This document shows positions 1 to 14,000 of a stretch of DNA of 64,000 bases, piece after piece. This stretch comes from Lingula anatina (Eukaryota; Animalia; Brachiopoda): NCBI GenBank assembly GCA_051362555.1, contig CM120640.1:33871967-33935966 (forward strand). Reading direction: 5' to 3'. The translations under genes and the position numbers were made by a program. The notes below the pieces were generated by a model. It was not told where the DNA came from. It did no database searches and saw only the letters and a list, made by a program, of their open reading frames with translations. Numbering within the stretch: position 1 is the stretch's first letter; every line of letters starts with the position of its first letter.

Positions 1-269
1 CATTTTAAATGGAGTCCTAGTTCTTTTTCAAAAGGTCTGTCATCTAATTTCGTAAATAATAAACAGAGTTAATTTTTTTCGCTTGCAAGGCAATTCTATT
101 GCCCTGTAAAATGCAACAGCACGACTTCCTAAAATTTTCACTAAAGAACGGAATTCATTATTTCCAACGCGTTTATTAAACAAATTCAAATACTCTTAAC
201 TTTAAACAATGATCCGTTTATCTTTTAAAAGACATACATAAAAGACCTACTCAGAATATGTATGCTTAC

Positions 270-458
270 CCCCAAGATCAGGATTGGGTGGCTCGACTGA
301 GCACGTGGATGAACAGAGAGCAGAGGCCGAGCAACTGAACGTGTCTGGGTCATATCCCTGGCCAGGGGGACAGCAGTGGGGGATCCACTTGTTGTTACTG
401 CATTCGTAGTATTTGGCACAGTTCGCGGAGTCGTACTCGAAGCCGCCGGGACATGGGT
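270..458 (-). CDS. Exon: second chitin-binding-like Cys domain (DPCPGGFEYDSANCAKYYECSNNKWIPHCCPPGQGYDPDTFSC...)
   Basis: Acceptor tgcag, donor gtaagc, 189 nt, phase 1-1; frame differs from the ORF-track entry. Confidence 0.85.
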
Positions 459-3400
459 CTGCATGAGTAGAAATGGTATTTCAATTTTATAGTTATGGTA
501 AGGAGAAATAAAAATTGAAATGTTATACATGGTATTAATCAACTGGTTAAAAAAAGATGAAAGACAAATAAATAGAAAGACAAAAAAATAAATAAAAAAG
601 TAATAATTTAAAAAAATAAAAAATTAAAAAACTAGGATGAAATAAATGAAAAAATGTGCCTTTTCTATTCCAGAAATTATAAAACATAGATCTATGAAAT
701 CAAAATATATGTCCTCTCACCAATGTTGTCGCAGTTTGGTGGGCCTGGCTGTCGCACGTATCTACACTTCGCCTCTTCGCAAAACACGCACGTGAGCTTC
801 TCCTGGTCCCAGAACAATCCTCGTGGGCAACGCTTGTGGTAAGAAACCGTTTTGCCACCGATTCTGTAGCAGTGGTAGAATTTAGAGCAGTCTTCAGGAT
901 CCCAGTAATGACCCGGTCCGTTACGACGGTCAATGCACATGTCACAGTAACTCACTGAATGATGAGGAAATGATGACATTTTAAAACACGTTATCTTGAA
1001 GCGTATTTGTCTTGTGCTGTCTTTGTTTTTACGTGTATCTTAATTTGAAGGAAGTGTATTACTAGTTCGTATTCTAAACAGAATTATTCCACCTTTCCTG
1101 GAAATTATTGTGTTCTTTATTCTATTTTGAAAAACCACTAGTATTGATTTCTTAGGTGTTCTATGTAATATCGAGGATGTAACGTTATAATACGATATTT
1201 TTTAGATTGATCACTGCATTATGTTGTAATCATCTCATCACTTTAGGATTACTATTGAAAATTCATGTGGATTGCTAACAATCTGTTAATAAAAATACTG
1301 CTGTAAAATTAACCCTGTTGTAATAATATAATATAATATAATATAATATAATATAATATAATATAATATAATATACGTGTACCATCACCTATCAAGCTAT
1401 ACACAGTTAGTGTTTGTTTCCCCCACGGCCTCGTACATCATCTGTTATCTTAATGGTTAGATAGCGTGCAACTGTTCCTGTCAGGTTAAAAAAATGAAAC
1501 AAAGCCGGCTTAATATTTCCAGATATGAGATATTACGTAAATCCAATACGTAAAAAGTTAGAAGGTCGTTTGGTTAATAAAAAAAAGACCATATATGGAG
1601 CGGAAATGTAACATTAAACATTCTTTCCGGTGCATGTATCCTGAAAATTGAACAAAGAGTTAATTCGCCTTTCAAAACTACACCATGATGCTCTTTGGCA
1701 TCATACGTTAACATGGCGTCCTTGGTTAAGGTGAAACTCTGAAATTAGTCATAGTGAGAAATGAAACCGATCCAAGGACAAGGGTCATACGTGCCACCTT
1801 GGGGCATCTGTCAGGAAGAAACTAGATACACTGAACAAGATCAATGAGATGAAGGAGTCACAGAGGACTCAGACTGAACATTGCGTTAAACCATTCGTCC
1901 GTTGTGTCTTGCACACATACCGCACTCGTGGCTCTTACGTATAGCTTTTTGAATACAAGGCATTGGTACAAGAACCAAAGTGGTATGTAGATATTACCCC
2001 CTGATAACAGGAGTTTCTAACATTTCCCTCTGGCCCTGGTAGTAGGTTGTAGGTTGGCAGGTTGGCAAAAAAAGACTCTGTAAAAGCACTGGGAATCACA
2101 TTTTCTGGGTGATACATATCAAATCTACGTTGTTGGTTCACAAAAACTAAGAGGGATAGAAGCTAGTTGGTTTGAATGGCTGGTTTTAAAAAGCGTTCGG
2201 GGTGCTTTCTATGACGGTGTATATTGGTAATTTTGATTAAACTACAAATTCTTCAGATAGGGTTTCAGACAAAGTAGATCCCCCTGTAACGTCACCGTTC
2301 GGGGGGGGGGGGAGGTTCTTTTTTGGCAGGAGTAGGTTTGGGGTTAATTAAAATCTCTTACCTTCTGACCCTGTTGTAATAATTGTTATGTTCTCGTTTG
2401 CATCTTCTTGGCCTAGCATTACCAAAATATCGTTTAAGCATATGATCCAGATTTTTTTCAATTTATTTAAATTAGAGTGAAATCACATATCATTAAACTT
2501 CACTTACGAGAATAATATTCGACCAGCATTGCAAACGAAAATGATATAATAATATCTAAATATGATAAAGACATTAGATTGTTTTAACAATTTTAAACAT
2601 TCCAATGGCGTCTCACAGCACAATCACACCACTCGTTACATATTTTCACATATTTCTCATTCACAGCATATTTGCAGCATACACTAAGATGTCAGCAATG
2701 AACGCTAAGTTATCTTTGTCGCTTGTTAACGTTACGATTGGTAAGCGTATAGGCCTACGAATCGAATCAGTCCAATCTGAAAAATTTAAAATCAAGCTTT
2801 TATCATTTCCACCAAAACATGGCAAAACATACATGATAAAAACAATGTTTTATGCAGTAAGAACTAATGAAATCGTTACGGTTAGTAAAAGACCTAGCCA
2901 AAACCAATGTACAACTGGTTCTCACATGCAATTACCAATTAAATATCCAGGCCATATAAAATGCATCATAAACTTATTTCAAATCTGTTATCTCGATATT
3001 GATATAGAAACCAACAGCCTTAACAGATAATCGAAATGACCAAACCCCACCATTGCCATACCCTTTAAAACATGCTTTCACATTACTACCACGATCACAT
3101 TATGTTATTTCATACAAAGAACATTTTTACGAACCAGCGTCGCAAGACTGAGAGTTGCATGTGCTCTGTTCTTCAGTTGGTCCATCACAGAGATCTCTGC
3201 CTCCCACAGATGGCGTTGGACAAGTGCAAGTGCGAGTTCTGGATCTGATTCCGCCATTACACGTGGCACTGCATGTCGTCCAAGCGCTCCAGTCAGACCA
3301 GCACTCTGAAACGATTTTTGAATTACCAAGATTACACAATCCAGTATCATAATGCTAATGGTCACTGTTAAATGACAGCCATTATTTAAATCATACTTTC

Positions 3401-6400
3401 ATGGGTTTTAAGTTTGTAGTGTCTAAACAAACCTTGGAGTTTATTTATTCATTTATTTAAATTTTAAAATTATTGATCATACTTTTGTTGTAATCTCCAC
3501 AATCCACGGCGTTGCAAGAGTTATCAACTTGCATGAAGTCTGCATCAGAACACTGGCGTCCACCACACTTTGCCTCATAGCAGAGTCTGCTTCTGGATCT
3601 GCTGCCGCCTCCACACGTGGCGGAACACGGCGTCCAGGCCTCCCAGGCGCCACACGTGCAGTCCTCTGAATCAGAAAATTAAAGATGGTGTATAATGTGT
3701 TTTTATATGCCACCTTTCCCCGCTTGTTTAAATCTGTACAAAAATGACTCTGTTATTTTAGAAGTAGTACCAGAGATATTAATAATATTATTTTTTGGTA
3801 AATATGACTAATCGGATTGGAAAATAACAGTTCAGAACTGTTTTATTCTTCTGCAACGGCATATTTGAAGACTAATTCATATGAAAGTACGACAAGAACA
3901 TTTCACATCTCAGCAATACAAATGAAAATAAAACATACGAGGACAGCATCCCGAATTGCATGCTCTTGATTCAGAATAGTCCGATGCACCACAAAGGCGT
4001 CCGCCGTTCGTTCCGTCCTGACAGCTTCTTGATCTAGCTTGTATTCCGCCACCGCACGATACGCTACATGTGGACCACTGGCTCCATGCTTCACATGTAC
4101 ATGGCACTAGAGAAAGATAATGGTGAGGTTATAAAAATGCGTTACTTTATAGAGTGCACGAGCACTTGTTTACTATTTCATGATTTTAGCCGATTTTCTT
4201 TTTTGTTGTTGTGTTTGTAAGTAACATGATAAAAATACGTAATTAATCATCTACATGTAATTGAGGGTCCTATAATCCTGGCAACCTTGCCATTTTAAAA
4301 TAATTAAACGTGTATCCACATGTTTGTCTCAAAAATAACAATAATGATAATAAATAAGCGCTTTGTATTGTTTGGTGTCTCAAATTCTCGTTATATTTCA
4401 TTTATCTTCGATTAGTCTTTCACTCTTCAATAAGCTGTATCGTGTAAAACTATAGACTCACCAGCGCATGGGACGTTATTGACGCAGGACCTTTCTTGTT
4501 TATAGTCGGTTGGTAGACAAAGTTTTCCTCCATACAACCCATCTTGACAAGAACGTGTTCTGGTTTCAACGCCGCCTGGACCGCAAGAAGCGCTGCATTT
4601 GGACCATGGAGTCCAGTCGTTACAGGTACAATCAACTGGAGAAAAAATGATAGAGAAACCATTGGATTTTACGTTCACTCACCATCTATGTTATTTCCCA
4701 TGATTGTTTTCTTTTGTAATGTTTTCATTAAAAACTGTCGAGATCTTTCGACGCCTTTATCAATCATATAAAATGACGATCCAAATAAATGGAGATTTCG
4801 AGCGATGAAAGAATCGACCTGAAAGTTTTGCCCATGGTATATTATATTATTTCTTAACAATATTTGTGCCTCCAAGCTACATTTGCGGATTCCGTAATTT
4901 CGCAAGGTACATGTTATTAAATGATCTCTCAAAAATGGTCTAATGTAATAAATGTTCTATAATCACAAAACTTACTAGCACAGGGCACGGTGTTCAGGCA
5001 AACCCTGGTTTCCTTGTAGTCGCTAGGCAGACAAAGTTTACCACCGTACAGACCATCCTGGCACGTACGGGTTCTAGTTTCTACACCGCCTGGCCCACAG
5101 GAGGCGCTGCAGGTCGACCACGGCGCCCAATCGTTACATGTACAGTCAACTGAAAAAGAGTGAAATAATGTTTTAAAGTTTACAGTAATTAAGTCACTGT
5201 TGTACACAGTATTGGGTCGACCCTCCTGACTTTGATCTACAGTTTTCAAAACCCAAAGTTACCTTCTTCTAGTTTTTATTTTAATTCAATTGTGTTTCCC
5301 GTTCAATAAGCTTGTTTTTTTTCAATCTGGTATACATGTAAACTTGTACGTGTATCTTTATAGGCCTAAAGACAATTAAAACCCAGCAGCGCTGGCGGTT
5401 TCCACTCACCAGCACATGGGACGTTATTGACACAAGTTCTCTCTTGTTTATAGTCAGTTGGTACGCAAAGTCTTCCTCCATGCAATCCGTCTTGACAAGA
5501 GCGGGTTCTAGTTTCTACGCCGCCTGGACCACAAGAGGCGCTACAAGTCGACCACGGAGTCCAATCACCACACTTACAGTCAACTGAAATTTTGACAAAA
5601 GAAACCGTCAGTCTTCGTTCCTGTTAAATGGCAACATTCCATGTGGTCATAAGGCCTACTGGTACAATATTCCCTTCCTTCCTTCGGTACTTGTTGTAAA
5701 ATGCTGCAGGTTATTATAGACCTTACCTGCGTATGACCATTTGCATTTCTGAATTAAAGATCATGGGCACTACACGATATAATACACTGTTTCACAGACG
5801 CTCTTTTTACTCACCAGCGCATGGGACGCTAAGGATGCAGGCTCTTTCTTCTTTATAGTCAGTTGGTAGGCAAAGTCTACCCCCATAGAGTCCATCTTGA
5901 CAAGAACGCGTTCTGGTTACTACGCCACCGGGTCCACAAGAAACGCTGCACTTAGACCATGGAGCCCAATCACCGCACTTACAGTCAACTGAAAATATTA
6001 CAAAAAACTTTCAGTGTTCGCTCCTTATCAAATGACAACATTCAATATTGCCCTATAAACCTACTGGTACAGTACTCGATTGCATCTCTGACCGCTTCTA
6101 CTCACCAGCACATGGGACGTTATTGACGCAGGCTCTCTCTTGTTTATAGTCGGTTGGTAGACAGAGTTTTCCTCCATACAATCCGTCTTGACAAGAACGC
6201 GTTCTGGTTTCTACGCCGCCTGGTCCGCAAGAAGCGCTGCATTTGGACCATGGAGTCCAATCACCGCACTTACAGTCAACTGAAAATATGGCCAAAGAAA
6301 TTGTCACTGTACGCTCTTGTTTAATGACAACATTATGTATGGCCATATAGGCCTTCTGGTGCAATACTCGTCCCTTCTCGCCCTAGTTGTAAAACAGTGT

Positions 6401-7895
6401 ACATACTCCACCTTCGTATGACTATTAACATTTCTGATTTTTGAAAAAAGGGTATTTAGTGATATAATATATCATTTAGGATATGATCTTTTAACTCACC
6501 AGCGCATGGGACGTTATTGACGCAGGCTCTCTGTTCTTTATAGTCAGTTGGTAGGCAAAGTCTTCCCCCATAAAGTCCATCTTGACAAGAGCGCGTTCTG
6601 GTTTCTACACCTCCTGGTCCGCAAGAAGCGCTGCACTTAGACCATGGGGTCCAGTCGTTACAGGTACAGTCAACTAGAAAAAAATTAATTAAATAAATAG
6701 AAAATTGTTTCCGTTAGTCATTTCAGTTAAAATTCAATTTTCATCTTTCCATTTAAATATTTATAAAGATTTTAATGCGATAAATTGTTGTAACTGGACA
6801 AGGAATAAAGCTGAATTTTAAAGGGTTTCTAAAAGCAGAGTCTGACTTCGTTCTAGCCCAGATCCCAAGGCTTACATGTACTTAACTGTAACTTCTAAAT
6901 AAAAATGTTAGCATCATATCAATTTAATACTGCTACATTTTGAGGTCCAGATCATTAAAATGATAATATCACACATACTGGCACAAGGGACGTTGTTGAC
7001 ACATTCTCTGGTTTGCTTGTAATCACTTGGCTGGCACTGTCTTCCTCCGAACGCTCCTCCTTGGCATGTGCGAGTTCTGGTCTCTACACCGCCTGGCCCA
7101 CAGGAGGCGCTGCAGGTCGACCACGGTGCCCAGTCGTTACATGTACAGTCAACTTGAAAATAAAAAAGATAATCGATCTCGACGTAAATAAAACATTTAA
7201 ATAGGTTCAAAAAGGAAAATACGCCGTGGTATTTTAAGATTAAGGGATATGTACCAGGTCATCACCCCCAATATACATGTATTGTGATATTTGTACACTG
7301 GCTGTAAAATAATTTCACCCAAAGCTGCTACACGTAGAATACATTTCTATTAGGAATTAGATAAGGATCTACCACCAACAAATACGGCTGTAAAACTGTA
7401 AAACTGTTTGTTATAGAGCTTAATGATATAAATAAGGGGAATAAATAAAGTAAAACACCTGTCACATGTCAAAATCAACCGCTTACCTGGACAAGGCACG
7501 TTGTTAATACAGGCTCTGGACTCTTCATAATCCGAGGCCTGACAAAGCCTGCCGCCGTACTGGCCGTCTGTGCATGAGCGAGTTCTTAGCTGTACGCCTC
7601 CTGGGCCGCAGGAGGCACTGCAGGCGTTCCACGGGTTCCAATCGCCACATTTGCAGTCAACTGTGAAGTTTTTAAAAATGTTTTAATTCAAAACTTTTTA
7701 TTATTTTCGGACGTGCGTAATATATGGATTAATGTATGTATCTCAAACTGTATACGTAATATATGGATTAATGTATGTATCTCAAACTGCATACGTATAT
7801 CACAGCGCTGGCTTTATTTTTGTTCCAAAGAATCGATATATTTATGGTATTTAATATGGCAAAAAGTTAATATTAATAAATATTATTCAGTCTTG

Positions 7896-7968
<73 letters not shown>

Positions 7969-10900
7969 ACTAACTCAATAAAAAAGATACTCTTAAATGT
8001 CGATTGAAATTTTCACACATACATTTTATTATGACGCAATTTGATACTCGCTAAATACGAAAGTCAGTAATATGCCATAACAGTTATGCTATGCTCAATA
8101 CAGGCGTCCCCTATATAAAAATATGGGAAATATTTTATAATGAATAACAATCTTTTCTTTAAACCCCCTGTACCGAGAACATTAAACGCGCTCAATTTTT
8201 AACAAAACCTATACCCAGGGACCTACAGGCGGTGATAAAGACACGGTAGCTGCCATGTTGGTAAATAAATATTAATTTATGTTTTACATTTTGCACAAAC
8301 ATTGCATATATAAGGGATAGGGAGTTGCCATAGTAGCAGGGTGTGGATTAGCACAAAGGATGCATTACACGTAAACTGTACCAATATTCTTGGTTCCCAC
8401 CCACCTACCTGGACATACTCTGGTATTACAAACATCCGTTTGTTGATAGTCACTGGAAACGCATGGCCTGCCGCCATACTGACCTTCCGTGCACGTGCGT
8501 GATCTTACCCGCAGCCCTCCCCCACAAGACACGGAACACTGAGACCAGGAAGCCCAAATGCCACATGTACACGGGACTGTGGGGTGAAAACAACAAGACA
8601 AACACAAAGAAGTTTAGGACACAAGGAAAACGACAAGGAGCTAGTGTCTAAATTCTGGGCTTCCGCCAACACGACTAATGGTACCAGTAGTTTAAGTCAA
8701 ATGTGAGCTTGTACCAATACCACTGCTGGTAACATAAGTCGTTGGCAGAGATTAAACTATCTCACAGAATTTAGACCTAAATAAGACAGTAAGAATATAA
8801 CCAAAACGAAGACGGGTCTTTTCTTACAATGGCACAATTAACAATTAAAGTGCACGAACACAGTGATGTATATACGGGTAAAAACGACAAAGTGCAGACA
8901 TTTGAAAGTGGACAAAAAAATGGAAATAACACGCACAAATGCAATATTATAGAAACGCCTCATTTAACGAACGATAAAAAAGGAAAAAGGGCAAATAAAT
9001 ACGTAAATATACAATACCCACCGGGACATGGAAACCTGCCGCACGGCTGCGTAATCTGATAATCACTAGGGATGCAGGTATCTCCCGTGCAGACACGCGT
9101 TTTAGTACGTGTACCGCCCACGCCACAAGACATGGAACACTGAGTCCACGAACTCCATACACCACAAGTACAGGGGACTGTAAAATGTAAACAGTTGGAC
9201 TACCTTTTACTGAACAGACAGAGGAACAAAACCCATTCACAAAAGTTCAGGTAAAAATAACGGGGACAAGAAACATCACGGATACAGGTTTGTTTGGCAA
9301 TGTTCCTGTTTAGTAGTTAACAGTTGAACATGACGATTAGTGAACCCGTAGGTTTACAAAGAGATTGACACGGTCATAAGAACTTATAGCAAGCATGAAC
9401 AAGAACAGAAAAAAATGGTAACACTGGAACACAGTTAACGCACACTAGTAACAATGCACAGAGCAATAATAGAAAGCGTGGGAGTCCTTTTTTATATAAA
9501 AAGCAATAAACTGTCACTGTGTATCATGTTCATGCATTAGGCCTACTTACCCGCACAACTTTGAGAATTGCACAGTCTCGTCTCCTGGTAGTCTTCTATC
9601 GTGCATTTTCGTCCTCCGAAAATGCCGTCGGTGCAAGAACGCCTTCGAGTCTGTTCTCCTCCACCACAAGATGCACTACACTGTTCCCACTCACCCCATT
9701 CTTGACAACTACAGCCAACTAGTACCAAAAGTACGGGACAATGAGACACAGTACAATATGTCACACGCAAAAGTTTGAACACAGTATTTTAAATTAATCC
9801 CATGAGGACCATGGAGAAGGTAAATTTTCTATTTACCATGCTTTTATCCTCGAGAAATAAAGTTTACCTACTACTACTACAACATACATGTATAATTCCA
9901 CTTTGAACGTACGGAAAGACATTGCTACCTATACAATGTACCATGTATGCACATGTTTGTAATATAAAAACATATTTAAAAAAGTTCTCAGTAGTATAAA
10001 AACTACCAGCACTTGAATGATGCCTCAGGTCTTATTGTTCAAAAGTCAAAACTGTAAAAATGGTGGGATGAAATGATATGAAAAAATGATAAAAAGAAAT
10101 GTATAATAAGTTAAAATATCAATAAAGATAACACATGCAAATGCAATTTTCCAATACATGAAAATTTTGAACAATGAAAAAGTGGGTGCATATTGAATAC
10201 AATAAGAGAATGTGACACAAGAGATAATAATTTTCATGCATATATAAAAACATAATGTATAAGAAGCAAAAAAAGCATCCATTCAGGACAGAGCGGTGGA
10301 CTGCAGCTTGTGAACTGTTGGGCTTATAAATGCGTATTCCCATCGTCTTTTAAACTTAGTTTTCAAACAAATATAACAAGATAGGTTTAAAAGGCAAGCC
10401 CGAATTCTTTTCACCCCCAGACTGGCTTTACAAGAAAAAATAGAACAAAGAAAAATTACAAATCGTTCGGAAAAGGAAATTAATTCAGCTTAGTAATATA
10501 ACAACGCTTTTAGCACCAGAATTTTTATGGGAAGGGGGTGGGGGCAAAATATCAAGAATATATCAAGAATCAAGAGCCCATGACTTAACTATACATATAC
10601 CTGGGCATCCGTATACATTGCATAATCTGTTTTCCTGATAATCAGATGGCGTGCACGGCCTTCCACCGTTGATTCCGTCAGTGCACGAGCGTTTTCGCAC
10701 CTGCTGGCCTCCTCCACAGGTGGCGCTACAAGTGCCCCATGCTGCCCATGTTTCACACTGACATGGAACTGTATAGTATGTATATACACTGTATATATGG
10801 TGCATGTGCACGTACATGTTTGATGTAGGGGCATTTCAATCGAACACAATTGGCCTATTTCTGAAGAATTTTTCATTTCATTTTATCAAAATAAGCGAGC

Positions 10901-11031
10901 CTATGCTATGGAAACAAAATCTATACTAGTACATGGAAATAGCGTGCCCCAGTACCAAAAAAGAACAAAAAGATACCATGCTTAGAAAATAAAGAAACGC
11001 ACATATACAATTAAGAAAGTATTTTCAAAAG

Positions 11032-11089
<58 letters not shown>

Positions 11090-14000
11090 ACTGATATAAC
11101 TTTTCTCAAACAATATGTATACTGAATATACGAATACACACCATGCAACGTACTGGTAGAGTACAATAAAGTATATAAACATTACTTCACACAATTTACA
11201 TGCAAGTCAAAAAGGCACTCAATCGATATATGCACAATTTGCTAACATAGAATCCGTATAGTACAGAACTTACTTGGACAGCCATATGAATTACATATCT
11301 CAGTCTGTTCGTAATCACTCCTCACACACTGCCGGCCACCATACAGGCCGTCCGTGCATGACCTTGACCGCGTCCTTGACCCGCCACCGCAGGACACAGA
11401 ACACTGAGACCAAACACCCCAGGTCTCCTCACACGTACACGGTACTGAACAAAAACAATAAATGGTTATTCTTAGTGACAAAATTTGTTTCGAACTTTAA
11501 AAAATTCACATGTGAATGTCCATAGAAAAATACTAGTTTAAAATGGGTTAATTCAATTTTCATGACGACGACAGACAGATGGATGTTAAACGAAAACTTT
11601 TGTCAGTACACAAAAAGGTCCAGTACACTATATTACTATTCAACCCTGAATTAACAGTTAATTAGATAAGAAACAAGTTGCCATATTTAAAACTTTTTTG
11701 CGAAGAAAAACATTAAAACTTCACCACAAATCATTTCACAGTATATCAGATAGACCCAATCTGATAACGTCTAGGCCGTTATAAGATTCGGTCTATCTGA
11801 GTCTCGTGTGAACGGGCCCTCACACCTACTGGGACACTCCTGAACGTAACACGGTTGGCTCATTTCGTAATCAGTCGCTAGGCAACCGTTTCCTGTGCAA
11901 CTTCGTATCCTGGTCTGAAAACCGCCACTACCGCAGGTGGCCGAACACTGGCCCCAAGCTGACCATGTGTCACAGACGCAGGGTGCTGGTAAAGAATGAC
12001 GGAAAAGACATCTACCAATCTACATTATCCTGTAGTATATCTACGTCACAAGAAAACCCCATTTGGAACATCTTTTTAATAGTTTTGTCCACCAAATTAA
12101 AATTCCAAAAAATTTAAAAAATTCCACTTTTCTTGTGGAGGGGTTAGGCATCATGGGTTGAATTACTAAATCTGAAGTTACAAAAACTCCTGGTTCCAAA
12201 TAGTATCTTCTTTCCACAGACATTGTCACCTATGTTGTTATTTCTACCAACTACAGTTACCAAATTATTAGAAACCCGGTGGATTCCCTTCACAAAAAAT
12301 ATTAGTAGTAGAGAATAGACAACAACTGATCTAGCTTTTATGGAGTTCTTGGGAATATGTGTGCAAAAAAGAATAGAAATATTGTAAGATCTATATCCCT
12401 ACCTTTGTTGGCATGCAAAAAGAAATAAATGCTTACCTTTTTTCACATTAAATTTTGTCCTCAAGATCCCGTCATTTCTTCTCTCTCAGTCAGCCATGCA
12501 GACCTAGTATGTATCAGCAAACATGCCATACGCATGCAACATATTAATGAGGCATATATGCCAATACGTTTGCTAGCGTGCCTAAATATAGTAAATGTTA
12601 GCGACAAAGACAACATCAGTAGCAAAATAAGACATTAACAGACATCTCGTGCACCACACACAGACACACAAGCAATCAACACCACTTCGCATCACACTAT
12701 CAACAGCCGCCATCATTTGGAACTGCAGTGCATTCTGTTAGCTGCAGCACGGTAGCGCAATGGGCTACTGTGAACATTACGTTGGGTTATGTGACAACCC
12801 TCGAAATAAAGTGGCAGCACTGCAGCTTGTGAACGTCAAGACTGAAGCTTACATATTGGCAGTTGACAGGCCTCTTGCTGGTATCTGTCGCTGTCCGTGC
12901 ACATTCGTCCGCCGTGCATCCCCTCTGTGCAGTGTCTGGTTCTGTTGCGAACGCCGTTGCCGCACCTGGCGCTGCAGTCGCCCCAGTTGTCAGCCCACTC
13001 TTCACACGTACAGTCAACTGATGCGGACAAAACGAATACAAGACATAAACAAAGACATCAACTGTGAACCCATGCAGAAGACAATTTACCAACAAATAAC
13101 ATAAAAACATTATAATATTGAACAATATTCACGACACAATAGGTAGAGAGACTAGAGAGATACATTCAATAAACATAAAAAATGCGACAACACAAATAAA
13201 ATTATTCTGCTACATGCAGTATATTTTGACAGATAAAACAGAAACATTGATGGACATACAGGCTGTGGCTGCAACATGCACTTTGTAACAATGGTATAGA
13301 CAGAGAATATACGAGCCATGCTCATGCACATTTATGATACACATAATACATGCATCCTACCTGTCAAATTCTGCAGCATTCTCAATTGCAAGTAACTTTT
13401 TATACTCACCTGATTACTCTACTTAAGAATCTATTCTAAATGCTTCCATCTAGAGGTCAGTATTTTCTCATCCCTGCCAACAACTCTTAATAAGGGTCTT
13501 TATAATCTTGATACCGATTTCTTTAATGGACCACTAGTCTCTAAACTGCCTCTATAATACTTAAACCGCCGGGTTAACTGGGTTCAACTATTTCTTACCC
13601 AGGTTAATAATTATTGAATCACTTACCTGGACATTCGTGTGTGTTGCATGGTTTTAATTCAAAGCATGGTCCCTCACAATCTTTGCCTCCATTAAGAGGA
13701 GCGGGGTTGTTGCAGAATCGTTGACGAACTGTTTCACCGCCGCCGCAAGTTTTTGAACAGCACATCCAGTCCGTCCATTCGCTCCAGCCTCCGTCAACTG
13801 AAAGTATGATGTAACAAACCCAATAATTCAAAAGAAAATCTAAAACGGACGTTGGATAGAGGATTAATTAATTTATTTAAGAATTCATTTATATATATAT
13901 TTATTTTATTTATTTATTTATTTATTTTTGCCACCAATCTGTTCATTCACCTAATCGCTCGGATCGCTTCTTCATTCGTTTATTAAAAAAAAAAGCAATT

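Noticed and set aside
4462-7660. Regularly spaced near-identical repeats with variable spacers, superficially CRISPR-like
   Set aside because: The repeats are 174-nt protein-coding exons with splice sites, the spacers are introns, the context is eukaryotic and there are no cas genes
7713-7973. ORF MRNIWINVCISNCIRNIWINVC..IYIYIY
   Set aside because: Produced by a 39-bp tandem duplication and an (AT)n tract in an intron
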